DNA from: Thermoplasmata archaeon
Lineage (GTDB): Archaea > Thermoplasmatota > Thermoplasmata > Halarchaeoplasmatales > Halarchaeoplasmataceae
DNA length: 64,000 bases
Reading direction: 5' to 3'
NCBI GenBank assembly: GCA_046498385.1
Contig: JAWOAU010000011.1
Coordinates: 4,315-68,314, forward strand
Below, piece by piece: positions 26,696 through 36,915 of the stretch. Position numbers and translations under genes: made by a program. The number at the start of each line of letters is the position of its first letter. Within the stretch, counting starts at the first letter, position 1. The notes beneath the pieces are model-generated. The model had not been told where the DNA came from and made no database searches. It saw only the letters and a program-made list of their open reading frames with translations.

Positions 26696-28606
26696 TTATA
26701 AAGTTTGTTCAACTTTTCTATGGAAGAATTCACGTATATCTTGTCCCGGGTCCTCAGTAGGTTTCAATCCCGGTAGATATTCCTTAAAATGGACCGCCCT
26801 ATCGTCCATGATCAAGACCACACCCAGGTCCTTCTCGCTACGCACGACCCGTCCCGAGGACTGGAGTATTTTACGTACCGCCGGCGCCTTAACGGTGTAC
26901 TCCCACCCTTTGCCGAATTTTATATCGTAGTAGTGCTGCAGTCCCTTCTGTCTGGCAGTTGGTTTCGGATAGGGTATGCCCACTATGATCGCCACCTCTA
27001 ACTCCTTTCCCGGAAAGTCCATCCCCTCGCTTATCCGCCCTCCGATTACGGAAAATAGCGTACCCCCGTTTCTCTTGAACCGGTCTACCAGGGCCATCAA
27101 CTCGGGCTGGCTCATGTCCTGCTCCTCCACAAAAGTGTTGTTCTGGCAAAAGGAGATGCACACTTCACTCATCAGCTTGTAACTGGGAAAAAAGACCACG
27201 GTGTTGCGCCGTATGCCGTTTAGGACCCCTTTTAGAACGCCCCTTATCTTCTCCACCATGGTACCGTCTCGCGCGATATACTGGTATTTGGTGGTGATTT
27301 CCTCTAAATAGTACACCGCCTTGTTCTCCGGTGGAAAGGGAGGGGGGTAGATACGGGTAACGGTGTCAAAGGGCAGTCCCAGGGAGTCCCGGTATTCGTT
27401 CAGGGGTTCAAGGGTACCGGACATGTGTATGCTGGTGTGGCAGTGGTTTAAGCACTCGGTTACGTGGCTTGGGTCCAAGCAGTAGCCTTCGATGGCGGGA
27501 TTACTCCCTCCTTTTACCAGCTTTATGTAATGACTTCTCTCCATATTTATCCAGAACTGCAAAAAATTTGCCATGGAGTTCATGTGAGAGCGTGGCAATT
27601 TTTTATCATCCCTCTTTTCCTGCTGTACCAGTTCCCCCTGGAGTTTCAGGTCGAAAACGATATCTTTTATGTCGTTAGTGTTTACCTTCAAAGAGTGCAT
27701 GAGCTCGGTTTTCAGCTCGTCCGGTGGTACCAATCCGTCTTCGTCTGTTACATACTCCCGCACCATTTCATCTATTATCCTAGAAAGTGTCCGACCGAGT
27801 TGGGTCACGGGAATATCCGGTCCTACCTTAGGGTCTTTTCTCTCAACGCCCTCAGAGACGGTCCTTTCGATGCTTATCTGACTCATATCTCCGGACGCAA
27901 GTTCACGGGCGTAGTCCGGTAGGTTATGGGCTTCGTCGACCACCACTATCAGATCATCTATCTCAACACCCATCCACTCCAGCAGCCGCCGGCGTATGAA
28001 GGGAACAAAAAAGTAAACGTAGGGTGCGGTCACAAGGACCGCACTGTTGACCAGCAGCTTTGATGCCTCGTAGGGACAAACGCACAGTTCGGTGCATTTT
28101 TCCATGAGTTCACCGTTGGTCGGCATGCTGTCCTCGGCCCACCTTCTCAGCTCGTCGAAGGGCGAAGTGAGCAGACCGGCATAGTAGGGGCAGCTGAATT
28201 TTTCTTTCCCCTCGCTTACCTGCTGTCTTACCTCTTTTTTTCTGTCTCCACAGTATTTTGAAAGCTCTTCGGCACTGCCCTGGGACAGATCCTCGTCGTT
28301 CAAGGCCAATATACATGTGTTGTTCCTGCCCTGGAGACCTGTGCCAAAAGATCCACCGGTTCGCCTTAGCTCGAGTATCACCTGTTTTTGCTGGGAGTTG
28401 GTCCGGGTAAGGTAAAGGATCCGTTTTCCATTTTTTTTAGCGTATTCTAAGGTGGGTGCCAAGGTACATATGGTTTTTCCCGAACCCGTCGAGGCCTGGA
28501 ATACCAGAGGTATCTTATTTTTAACACTGGACCGTATGTCGTCCATGATATCTTCCTGATTTTTCCTGGGCCTATATGGGAAAAGGGGATTATCGGATAG
28601 AGCCAT
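26696..28606 (-). CDS. XPD/Rad3-family 4Fe-4S DNA helicase
   Basis: The motifs FFPYRPRKNQ, Walker A ASTGSGKT, DEAH (VVVDEAHNL) and Fe-S cysteines (C..C..C..CPY) are present. The track ORF extends to 28762. The likely start is MALSDNPLFPY at 28606. Confidence 0.85.
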   Translation of the reverse strand: MALSDNPLFPYRPRKNQEDIMDDIRSSVKNKIPLVFQASTGSGKTICTLAPTLEYAKKNGKRILYLTRTNSQQKQVILELRRTGGSFGTGLQGRNNTCILALNDEDLSQGSAEELSKYCGDRKKEVRQQVSEGKEKFSCPYYAGLLTSPFDELRRWAEDSMPTNGELMEKCTELCVCPYEASKLLVNSAVLVTAPYVYFFVPFIRRRLLEWMGVEIDDLIVVVDEAHNLPDYARELASGDMSQISIERTVSEGVERKDPKVGPDIPVTQLGRTLSRIIDEMVREYVTDEDGLVPPDELKTELMHSLKVNTNDIKDIVFDLKLQGELVQQEKRDDKKLPRSHMNSMANFLQFWINMERSHYIKLVKGGSNPAIEGYCLDPSHVTECLNHCHTSIHMSGTLEPLNEYRDSLGLPFDTVTRIYPPPFPPENKAVYYLEEITTKYQYIARDGTMVEKIRGVLKGVLNGIRRNTVVFFPSYKLMSEVCISFCQNNTFVEEQDMSQPELMALVDRFKRNGGTLFSVIGGRISEGMDFPGKELEVAIIVGIPYPKPTARQKGLQHYYDIKFGKGWEYTVKAPAVRKILQSSGRVVRSEKDLGVVLIMDDRAVHFKEYLPGLKPTEDPGQDIREFFHRKVEQTL

Positions 28607-28715
28607 CTTTTTCAGGTGCTCATGGACCTTGGACTTAAATAAGTTCCCTAGAGGGGTACGCGAAAGTGAGGCGTAAAAACCTAATAACAGCGTGTTAGTA
28701 AAGGCTAGAATACAC

Positions 28716-29726
28716 ATGTACGGAAAAAAAGTAGGCTCCGCACTAGAGCTTATCGGGGACACACCTTTAGTCAGGATAAACAGGTTGAACCCTCACGACA
28801 ACGTCGAGATATATGCGAAGCTGGAGAAGTTGAACCCCATGGGCTCGGTGAAGGACAGGATCGCATACTACATGATAGACCACGCCGAGAAGATGGGTGA
28901 GATAGACCCGGATACAGTGATCGTAGAAGCAACCAGCGGAAATACCGGCCTGGGTCTGGCTATGGTCTGTGGAATCAAGGGCTACCATCTTCATCTAACG
29001 ATGTCGAGGGGTGTAAGCATAGAGAGGGTGCGCATGCTCACCGCCCTGGGTGCGGAGATTGAGTTCACCCCTGAGCAGGAAGGTACCGACGGTGCCATAA
29101 ATAGGGCGGTGGAACTTTCCCAGGATGAGGGGTACTGGAGACCCAACCAGTTCGACAATCCCGTGAATTCACTGGCCCATTATGAGACGACCGGCAGGGA
29201 GATAGTCGAGGCCGTAGGTGACGAGATGACCCACTTTGTGGCGGGCATGGGGACCACTGGGACCCTCATGGGGGTTTCAAAGAGGTTGAAGGAACACGAC
29301 CAGTCCATCAAGGTTATAGGCGTTGAACCCAATCCCAACTACTGCATACAGGGTCTGAAGAACATGACGGAGGATATCGTTCCGGGGATCTACGATAAAG
29401 AATGGCTGGATGAGATAAGGAACGTTGAGGATGACGATGCCTTTGAGACCGCTAGGAAACTTTCGGTGAAAGAGGGACTCTTCGTTGGCATGAGTTCCGG
29501 TGCGGCCATGTACGTCTGTCTAGAGATGGCTTCCGAACTCGATGGCGGCACGATAGTTACCCTGTTCCCCGATGGCGGTGAAAAGTACTTCAGCACACCC
29601 CTGTTCGATGCCGGCGAGTGTTTGAGATGTGTGAAAGAACATGGTGGATTGGATTCTCACCCACCTGCGAATCTGACTCAATATCTAGACGAGATAAACG
29701 AATTGATAAAAAAGAGTTCCCTATGA
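28716..29726 (+). CDS. PLP-dependent cysteine synthase / O-(phospho)serine sulfhydrylase family
   Basis: The motifs LIGDTPLVRINRL, SVKDRIAYYMI (PLP lysine) and TSGNTGLGLA are present. The track ORF starts at 28692. Confidence 0.8.
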   Translation: MYGKKVGSALELIGDTPLVRINRLNPHDNVEIYAKLEKLNPMGSVKDRIAYYMIDHAEKMGEIDPDTVIVEATSGNTGLGLAMVCGIKGYHLHLTMSRGVSIERVRMLTALGAEIEFTPEQEGTDGAINRAVELSQDEGYWRPNQFDNPVNSLAHYETTGREIVEAVGDEMTHFVAGMGTTGTLMGVSKRLKEHDQSIKVIGVEPNPNYCIQGLKNMTEDIVPGIYDKEWLDEIRNVEDDDAFETARKLSVKEGLFVGMSSGAAMYVCLEMASELDGGTIVTLFPDGGEKYFSTPLFDAGECLRCVKEHGGLDSHPPANLTQYLDEINELIKKSSL

Positions 29727-29737
29727 GGTGATAGAGA

Positions 29738-30163
29738 ATGGACGATGTAACCACTTTCGACATAGACATAAAGCATATAGAAAACATGAAATTCGAGGTA
29801 TCCTTCGACCATGAAGAGATGGGTACCCTGATAACCGACGAGACCCCGGATATCGGGGGTGAAAACGCCGGCCCTACCCCCGGGAGACTGCTTGTGGCCT
29901 CCACTTTGAACTGTCTCATGGCCAGTTTACTGTTCTGCGTGAACAAGAAGAGGGTCGAGATGACGGATCTTCAAGGGGAGATAAGGGGGACCGTTGAAAG
30001 GGTCGAAGGCAGATGGAGGGTAACAAAAATGGATGCGGTGCTCAGGCCCGAGGTCGAGGATCCGGAAAAGATACAGAAGTGCATAGAAATATTCCAGAAT
30101 TACTGCATAGTTACCGAGAGCGTTAGAAACGGTATCGACGTAGATGTGAAGGTAGAGATATGA
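29738..30163 (+). CDS. OsmC/Ohr-family peroxiredoxin-like protein
   Basis: The protein is 141 aa, has the segment PTPGRLLVASTLNCLMASL and the second Cys region of the family. Confidence 0.75.
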   Translation: MDDVTTFDIDIKHIENMKFEVSFDHEEMGTLITDETPDIGGENAGPTPGRLLVASTLNCLMASLLFCVNKKRVEMTDLQGEIRGTVERVEGRWRVTKMDAVLRPEVEDPEKIQKCIEIFQNYCIVTESVRNGIDVDVKVEI

Positions 30164-30696
30164 AATTAAAAGAAAGTATTTCCGAATGTACCCGCTGCCG
30201 TCTCCACAAAACCAGAACCAATTCCGTACCAGGTGAAGGGCCATACGATGCCCAGGTAGTTTTTATCGGCGAGGGTCCTGGAAAAAAGGAGGACCAAGAA
30301 GGAAGGCCCTTCGTCGGGCGTGCCGGGGAACTTTTGAACGACCTCCTCTCCACGGCCGATTTATCGCGGGAAAAGGTGTTCATAACCAATGTGGTAAAAT
30401 GCCGGCCGCCGGGCAACCGTGATCCGCGAAAGGATGAGAAAGAGGCGTGCGAGGTGTATCTGATACAACAGTTGGATATGATAAAACCAAAGGTTGTCTG
30501 TACCTTGGGCAACCATGCCACCGCCTATTTTCTAGGGAGTGCCGGCATAAGTAAAAAGCACGGCATGGTGTTCAAAAAAAACGGTCTTACCATAGTCCCC
30601 CTCTATCATCCCGCCGCGGCGTTATACAATCCCAATCTAAAGACGGCCATGGAAGAGGATTTTAGGTTTCTAGGATCGATGCTCAGACGTAAGTAA
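30160..30696 (+). CDS. Uracil-DNA glycosylase, family 4 (4Fe-4S)
   Basis: The motifs CTRCRLHKTRTNSVPGEGP...VFIGEGPG...RPFVGRAG...VVKCRPPGNRDP are present. The start overlaps the upstream gene by ATGA. Confidence 0.85.
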   Translation: MKLKESISECTRCRLHKTRTNSVPGEGPYDAQVVFIGEGPGKKEDQEGRPFVGRAGELLNDLLSTADLSREKVFITNVVKCRPPGNRDPRKDEKEACEVYLIQQLDMIKPKVVCTLGNHATAYFLGSAGISKKHGMVFKKNGLTIVPLYHPAAALYNPNLKTAMEEDFRFLGSMLRRK

Positions 30697-30735
30697 ATTT
30701 TATTAATAGGCTGTACCTAGACGGTATCCCCATGG

Positions 30736-30810
30736 GGGCCCATGGCTTAGGTTGGTTATAGCGTCCGGCTGATAACCGGGAGGTCGAGAGTTCAAATCTC
30801 TCTGGGCCCA
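30736..30810 (+). tRNA. tRNA-Ile (anticodon GAU)
   Basis: The acceptor GGGCCCA/TGGGCCC, anticodon stem with loop CTGATAA, T-arm GAGAG-TTCAAAT-CTCTC and discriminator A give 75 nt. It is followed by a T-tract. Confidence 0.9.
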
Positions 30811-30826
30811 CTTTTTTCACTTTTTG
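30811..30826 (+). terminator. An oligo-T archaeal terminator after tRNA-Ile
   Basis: The sequence CTTTTTTCACTTTTTG lies immediately 3' of the tRNA. Confidence 0.5.
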
Positions 30827-31776
30827 TAGGCCACGTATATGTCCGCTTCTATCATTTCACTGTGCTCGTGAAAGTGATGTACGAAGTAAAGGTTGCCCGC
30901 ATCGTCCAAAGTTGGCTCTCCGGCGAACTGGGATACTATCATCTCAGGTTCCTGCCAATCACCGTTTATCTTTAGGGAACGAAATATCGCTGGGGTCCCA
31001 AGATGAGTTCTGGTGAACCAAACCTCCTTTCCGTCGGATGATACAAAGGGTAGGCTTTCGTTCTCCTCGGTGTTCACCGCCTCTATGTTGATGGGTTCCG
31101 ACCATCCATCGTTGCTCCTAGTGGTCATCCATATATCTCTACCCCCCTCTCCCCCTGCTCTATCGGAATGAAAGTAAAGGTCGTCTCCGTGTATGTGCAC
31201 CTCGCCGATCTCGAATTCCTTCATGAGTTGATCACCGGCGTAGGTCCAGTCCGTCCAGCTTTCGCCGTCCCACCGCGCGGTGAACATGTTCATATCGGTA
31301 TAATCCCCTCTCGCCGAGCAGAACCACATCTCGTCGTCCTGGATAGCCACCGCACCGTCCAGGGCCAGTTTTCCCGGTTCCTGTAACCACACCCTTTCAG
31401 GCTTGCTCCATGTATTACTTGTCTTATGAGTTACCCAAATGCCACTGATATCGTCCGTTACCTGCTCCTCAGGAGGAATCCTTACATCCGGGGTGAAGAA
31501 AAAGTACAGTGTATTACCGTCCGGTAGTATGAAAGGTGAGTCCTCGGCACCTGCGGTGTTCACCGGGTACGGCAGAGGCACGGGCTCTTCAAACTCATGG
31601 GAATGAAGTATCGGCGGATGAAGGTCCGCTTCAGGTCCCCACTTTGTTATATCCGTCGGGATCTTATCTTCACGGTCCACGTCCGGGTGCTCTTCATTAC
31701 CGATACATCCTGAGAGTCCCATGGCGATCACAAGCAGTGCGATCATCGAAAGTACCTTCACTTTCCCGTTCATCAT
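30817..31776 (-). CDS. Lipoprotein with a PD40/TolB-like beta-propeller repeat domain
   Basis: The signal peptide and lipobox are MMNGKVKVLSMIALLVIAMGLSGC. Repeated motifs of the form DG..LYF.S.R...G..DIW match WD40-like/PD40 repeats. The track ORF starts at 31950. Confidence 0.55.
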   Translation of the reverse strand: MMNGKVKVLSMIALLVIAMGLSGCIGNEEHPDVDREDKIPTDITKWGPEADLHPPILHSHEFEEPVPLPYPVNTAGAEDSPFILPDGNTLYFFFTPDVRIPPEEQVTDDISGIWVTHKTSNTWSKPERVWLQEPGKLALDGAVAIQDDEMWFCSARGDYTDMNMFTARWDGESWTDWTYAGDQLMKEFEIGEVHIHGDDLYFHSDRAGGEGGRDIWMTTRSNDGWSEPINIEAVNTEENESLPFVSSDGKEVWFTRTHLGTPAIFRSLKINGDWQEPEMIVSQFAGEPTLDDAGNLYFVHHFHEHSEMIEADIYVAYKK

Positions 31777-31880
31777 CAAGTATATCTTTATGATAGCATA
31801 TATAATTATCCTTGAAAATCTGATCGACTTATAACCTGCATTAAGGTGAACGTTATTTAACCACAAACATATACAGGAAC

Positions 31881-32438
31881 ATGACAGAAGAGATGATCGG
31901 ACTGAAAGAGGCTGCAAAGGAGGTTGAATTGGTGAGCAGAAGGGTAGCACTGCTCCATATCTCCTATGCGAAAATGCTGACCGAAGAATTCGGTGAAGAA
32001 CGTGGTAGGGAACTGATCTTGAAGGCCGTCAAGGGTTACGGCAGAATCATAGGAGAAAAAAGAAGGAAGGAGATCGAGGAAAGAGGGATGGAGCCTGTGC
32101 CGAAAAACTTCGGAAAAGGAGATGTCCTGAGGATACCACGTTTCGGGGTGCACTCTAGATTAGAGGAAACTGAAGATAGTATGAAACTCTACGGATGCGC
32201 CATGGGTAAACTGTGGAGAGAATACGGTGAAGAAGAACTGGGAAAATTGTACTGCTACGTGGACCCTGCGAAGTACATGGGATTTAACGAGGATTTCATT
32301 CAAGTGCATAGGAAGGCCGTGCCCGCCGGCGGTGATTTTTGTGAATTCGTGGTAAGGCCCTCTACGGAAGAGGAAAGGGAACTTTTCAGATCCGATAAAA
32401 AGGACTTTTCGGATGCTGACCCGGGATTGAAGGGTTAA
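31881..32438 (+). CDS. Hypothetical protein, possibly ATC-hydrolase-like
   Basis: The 185-aa soluble protein carries the segment LYCYVDPAKYMGFN. The family assignment rests on weak recall only. Confidence 0.35.
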   Translation: MTEEMIGLKEAAKEVELVSRRVALLHISYAKMLTEEFGEERGRELILKAVKGYGRIIGEKRRKEIEERGMEPVPKNFGKGDVLRIPRFGVHSRLEETEDSMKLYGCAMGKLWREYGEEELGKLYCYVDPAKYMGFNEDFIQVHRKAVPAGGDFCEFVVRPSTEEERELFRSDKKDFSDADPGLKG

Positions 32439-32474
32439 ATTAATTATAAAGTAAAAAGATACGAAGGAAAGAAC

Positions 32475-33530
32475 ATGGACAGAGATGTATTTAAAGATAG
32501 GAAGATTTTAGCGTTATGTGTAGTAGCGGTAGTAGTTCTCTTGTTGATCTATTCGATATACTACACGTCTTTATTCAACGGGGATAGTGAAACAGGGGAC
32601 GAGAGCGATTGGACTGATTATCCTTACGTGATCCCAGGCACGGACATGAGATTTCCGGATGTCGAAGGTAAATATACACCAGGCGATACCTGGCTCTCAC
32701 TCGGCTTCGAGCTGGATTTCATAGACTCAGATAAGGAAAACGCTCACCTTGCTTTGCTGTACCATCCCAAATATAAGGACGTTTTTTTAAGTACATCTGA
32801 CGATATATTTAAAACACGTTTTAATGGTGAACGGACACTCCCAGTCGGAAAGATAGACATGACTTTCGACGCCCCGGGATTACCTGAAGATAGTTTACGG
32901 GTAAAGGATGGTCAGGCCTTCCATTATGACCTCTTGGCTCATTTTGAAATCGACGGGACGCTGTACCGGTTGGATGTAGAGCTAGAGTCCATAAAACCAC
33001 CTGCCACTATGTTCGACGGCCAGGTAGTAATGGGGAATGAGTATTACAAACTCCACGCGTTAAGCAATTGTGTGACAACCGGCACTTTGAGTATAGGCGA
33101 AGATGTGCACGGAGTAACCGGTCAGGCCTGGTTTGAAAACCAGAGGGGTACCTTTGGATCTATGAAGTGGAATTGGTTTTGCTTTTTCGGCGATGATGAT
33201 ACTGAAATGGAGATAGTAGACCTCTACGGGCCGGATGAACAAAATTTTAACTATGCCATGTATATACAAAGAAACGGCGAGGTTTTGACAATCGACGATA
33301 TATCCATAGAAACCACCTCTTTCATAGAACCTCCCTCGTCTCCGAATAAATTTGGTTATTCATGGGAGATATTTTCCAGCAAATACTATGTATCTTTGAA
33401 CATCACCAGCGTAGAAGAGGATATGTATTACAACGGTTATGCCGTAGGCGTAGGCAGGGTGACCGGAACATTGATGGGTAGGGAGATCGATACCTGGACC
33501 TATGTAGAGCAGACAAAGCTACACTTTTGA
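32475..33530 (+). CDS. Membrane-anchored secreted protein with an AttH/CrtC-like (lipocalin-like) domain
   Basis: An N-terminal transmembrane helix is LALCVVAVVVLLLIYSIYY. The motif GQAWFENQRGTFG resembles the AttH/hydroxyneurosporene-synthase signature G.AW.D.QWG. Confidence 0.45.
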   Translation: MDRDVFKDRKILALCVVAVVVLLLIYSIYYTSLFNGDSETGDESDWTDYPYVIPGTDMRFPDVEGKYTPGDTWLSLGFELDFIDSDKENAHLALLYHPKYKDVFLSTSDDIFKTRFNGERTLPVGKIDMTFDAPGLPEDSLRVKDGQAFHYDLLAHFEIDGTLYRLDVELESIKPPATMFDGQVVMGNEYYKLHALSNCVTTGTLSIGEDVHGVTGQAWFENQRGTFGSMKWNWFCFFGDDDTEMEIVDLYGPDEQNFNYAMYIQRNGEVLTIDDISIETTSFIEPPSSPNKFGYSWEIFSSKYYVSLNITSVEEDMYYNGYAVGVGRVTGTLMGREIDTWTYVEQTKLHF

Positions 33531-33676
33531 TCTGCCTCGCGGAATTTTTCCTTACTAAAGTGCTACTCAAGACTGCGAACGGTTTTTCGACACGCTGCAT
33601 AACCTATGCTTTCCCCGGCCCTATTCAGAAAGTTATATATACTAGGAATGAATTAATTGTATTTAAGGTGTCAAAT

Positions 33677-34042
33677 ATGGCGAATAAGAAACTCGCGGAT
33701 GAGTTGATCGATAGGCTGATAAAAACAGGGTTGCAGAAGAATCTTGCCATAACTCTAGTATTTATCGCCGAACATGAAGAAACCCAAAGTAGAACGATAG
33801 AGGACAATACTAGATTAAGACAGCCGGAGGTGTCTATCGCAACCAATGAACTGCAGAGAAGAGGGTGGATAAAAAAACGAGATATCCCGACCGAAGGAAG
33901 GGGTAGACCGGTAATCGGTTATAGTATGGAAAAACCTATCGATGAGGTAATAGAGGAGATCGAAAAGCAAGAGAGAGAAAAAATCGAGGAAATAGAGTCT
34001 AATATAAAGAGGATCAAGGAGATCAAAGCCAAGATATTTTGA
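33677..34042 (+). CDS. Winged-HTH transcriptional regulator (TrmB/ArsR-like) with a C-terminal coiled coil
   Basis: The sequence MANKKLADELIDRLIKTGLQKNLAITLVFIAEHEETQSRTIEDNTRLRQPEVSIATNELQRRGWIKKR fits the family. A GGTG SD lies 6 nt upstream. The track ORF starts at 33527. Confidence 0.6.
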   Translation: MANKKLADELIDRLIKTGLQKNLAITLVFIAEHEETQSRTIEDNTRLRQPEVSIATNELQRRGWIKKRDIPTEGRGRPVIGYSMEKPIDEVIEEIEKQEREKIEEIESNIKRIKEIKAKIF

Positions 34043-34169
34043 TAATCTCGTCAAATATCGAAGTTTTTTAAAGGCATGTATCGTATGATGTATGACAATA
34101 TAATTACATTACATTGCTTTAGTCGGCTTACGAAAAATTATATTAGATAATGCAACTGTCTAAGAATAT

Positions 34170-34643
34170 ATGGTACATATATTCGATAAGAAACTTGATA
34201 AAAAAACCTTGAAACATTATCTATTCCAAAGCGTCCTTGCCACGTTGGTTTTGTTTCTTTGTCTAAACGTACCTTTCATCGATGATGCGGTTCTTATAGC
34301 GGCCATAGGTTCCACCACATTCATACTGTTCGCCATGCCTAAAACACTTCCCGCACGTCCTAGGAACGTACTGGGCGGTCACTTTGTTTGCGGCTTGATC
34401 GGTATTGTTTTTTCCATGTTCAACAGCGGTTTCATACCCAACACCACAATGTTGAGCCTGGCGGTCGGATTATCCATCCTTGCGATGGTCACACTTGCCA
34501 TCGAACATCCACCTGCCGGAGGTACCGTTATTGCACTATTATTTTCAACAGACTATGTAGCCTTCGTCACCCTGCTTCTATTGTCCAGCATAATGATGCT
34601 CTTCGTTCATCTTCTTAAACCATACATGATCAATCTGATGTGA
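34170..34643 (+). CDS. HPP-family small integral membrane protein
   Basis: There are four transmembrane helices. The motif AAIGSTTFILFAMPKTLPARPRNVLGGH matches the HPP signature. Confidence 0.5.
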   Translation: MVHIFDKKLDKKTLKHYLFQSVLATLVLFLCLNVPFIDDAVLIAAIGSTTFILFAMPKTLPARPRNVLGGHFVCGLIGIVFSMFNSGFIPNTTMLSLAVGLSILAMVTLAIEHPPAGGTVIALLFSTDYVAFVTLLLLSSIMMLFVHLLKPYMINLM

Positions 34644-34681
34644 CACAATTCTAATAAACACCCTACGCTCTCCGAAGTACC

Positions 34682-36826
34682 ATGCGTATCATACTGAAGG
34701 GAATCGTACAGGGAGTCGGCTTTCGGCCAACGGTTTACCGGGTGGCAAAGAACCTCGGTATGAACGGTTACGTAAAGAACATGGGGAGTGAGGTGGAGGT
34801 TGTTATCGACGGTGATGTGGACGAGTTTTTGAGTGAACTGAAAAGGGCGCTACCACCGCTTGCAAAGCTTACATCCGTGGATGTATTCGAGAGCGGTGGG
34901 ACCTATGATGATTTCAGCATAATATCCAGTACAGATGGTGACCGATCGTCCTCCATCCCGGTGGACACGGCCACCTGTAAAAACTGTGTGGCGGAGCTGG
35001 AAGATAGAAAAAATAGACGTTTCACATACCCCTTCATAAACTGCACTGACTGCGGAGCACGTTACTCCGCTATCCGGGAATTACCCTACGACCGTGAGAA
35101 GACCACAATGGCACCCTTCCATATGTGCCCTTCTTGCAGGGAGGAGTACGGCGAGCCCATGGACCGCCGATTTCACGCCCAAACACTTTCATGTCCGGAT
35201 TGTGGCCCTGGGTACACCCTTTACGATAAGAACAAGAAGAGGATAGGCGGGGTTGTGGAATTCATCTCTATGATAGAAGAAGGCTCGGTGGGTGTCGCTA
35301 AGAGTTGGGGCGGTATGCACATAGTCAGCACTCTAGATAGGATACCCGAACTCCGCAGAAGGTACGGTCGTTCACAGAAACCCTTCGCTATAATGGTTAA
35401 AGATCTAGAAACCGCTAGGAAGTACGCCCATATTACCAGGGAGGACGTGTTCACCGGTCCGAGGCGTCCCATAATGATCTACGAGAAAAAAGAACCTCTG
35501 GAAAAAGTGGCACCGGGATTACCAACGGTTGGGATGATGCTCCCCTACACACCCCTACATCATATACTGTTCGACGGGATATCTGAGGATGCACTGGTGA
35601 TGACCAGTGCCAACCTACCCGGCGAGCCAATGATAATAAAGAATAGAGATGCATTTTCACTCGATCTGGACTGCTACCTTCTGCACGATAGGAAGATAGC
35701 AAACCGCATAGACGATTCCCTCATCAGGGTTCATGGTGACGAACTCTGTCCCATAAGGAGATCAAGAGGTTACGTGCCTGAAACATTACCATTCGACAAA
35801 TCCACCGTTTTCGCCGCCGGAGCGGACCAAGGCGGTTGTCTGGCCTTTTCAACGAACGCCCATCTATACCCAAGTCAGTACTTGGGTGACCTGGGGTCCT
35901 ACGGTGCCAAGGTGTTCTACCAGAACACGGTCGAGCACCTGGAGTCCATGCTGGGTATCCAGGAGGTCGAGGCGGTTGCCGTGGACCTGCATCCCGCCTA
36001 CACCAGTAGAAAGCTCGGTTTAGAATATGCAAAAAACAAAGACATCCCGGTGGTAGAAGTGCAGCACCACTGGGCACACGGAGCATCCCTCCTTTTAGAG
36101 CACGATCTAGAACACATAGTGTGCATAGCGGTGGACGGCACGGGATATGGTGAGGACGGAGGGAGCTGGGGTGGTGAGGTATTATACTGTACCGCTGATG
36201 AATACGAAAGAACGGCACATCTGGAACCGTTCCCTCTACTGGGTGGAGAGCAGGCGGTAAAATATCCTAAAAGGTTGGCCCACGCCATCCACAGAAAGCT
36301 CGGTCACGATAGCCCATATTTCGACGACAAAACCGCATCCATATTGGATAAGTTGATGGATAAGAGCGTTAACACCACCAGCTTCGGTAGGCTGCTGGAT
36401 GCGGTATCGGCCGCACTGGGAGCGTGCACCGGACGTACATACGAGGGGGAACCGGCCATGAAGCTGGAGAAACTGCAGTTGGAAGGTGAAAATACCAGAG
36501 AATATACGGTTTATCGAAAGGGAGATACCATACACACACTGAAAGGGTTCGTTGAGATGCTAAAAGACCGTTCACCCGATGCAGACAGGGCGGCTTCCTA
36601 CGCCGCACAGGTATCATACGCTTTGTCAGACGCCGCAGCGGACGCCGCAGAAAAGTACGGCGCACCCGTAGGCATCTCCGGGGGAGTTTCCTACAACAGA
36701 CACATAGTGGATCAGGTACGAAGCCGGTTAAAAGAACGCGGATACCAACTGTTGGTGCATCAAAGAGTACCAAATGGAGATATGGGCGTGTGTGTCGGCC
36801 AAGCATCCATCGCCGCCAGTATGTGA
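34682..36826 (+). CDS. hypF: [NiFe]-hydrogenase maturation carbamoyltransferase HypF
   Basis: There is an N-terminal acylphosphatase domain (GIVQGVGFRPTVYRVA), two CxxC-x18-CxxC zinc fingers, YrdC-like and Kae1-like domains. The protein is 714 aa. Confidence 0.9.
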   Translation: MRIILKGIVQGVGFRPTVYRVAKNLGMNGYVKNMGSEVEVVIDGDVDEFLSELKRALPPLAKLTSVDVFESGGTYDDFSIISSTDGDRSSSIPVDTATCKNCVAELEDRKNRRFTYPFINCTDCGARYSAIRELPYDREKTTMAPFHMCPSCREEYGEPMDRRFHAQTLSCPDCGPGYTLYDKNKKRIGGVVEFISMIEEGSVGVAKSWGGMHIVSTLDRIPELRRRYGRSQKPFAIMVKDLETARKYAHITREDVFTGPRRPIMIYEKKEPLEKVAPGLPTVGMMLPYTPLHHILFDGISEDALVMTSANLPGEPMIIKNRDAFSLDLDCYLLHDRKIANRIDDSLIRVHGDELCPIRRSRGYVPETLPFDKSTVFAAGADQGGCLAFSTNAHLYPSQYLGDLGSYGAKVFYQNTVEHLESMLGIQEVEAVAVDLHPAYTSRKLGLEYAKNKDIPVVEVQHHWAHGASLLLEHDLEHIVCIAVDGTGYGEDGGSWGGEVLYCTADEYERTAHLEPFPLLGGEQAVKYPKRLAHAIHRKLGHDSPYFDDKTASILDKLMDKSVNTTSFGRLLDAVSAALGACTGRTYEGEPAMKLEKLQLEGENTREYTVYRKGDTIHTLKGFVEMLKDRSPDADRAASYAAQVSYALSDAAADAAEKYGAPVGISGGVSYNRHIVDQVRSRLKERGYQLLVHQRVPNGDMGVCVGQASIAASM

Positions 36827-36915
36827 TGCAAAACAAAAATATGAAATATCACCCGTTTCCTTCTCCTGGTTGTGGATCATGTTCCAAGCAATTATAGACC
36901 GGAGAGGAGGATAAC

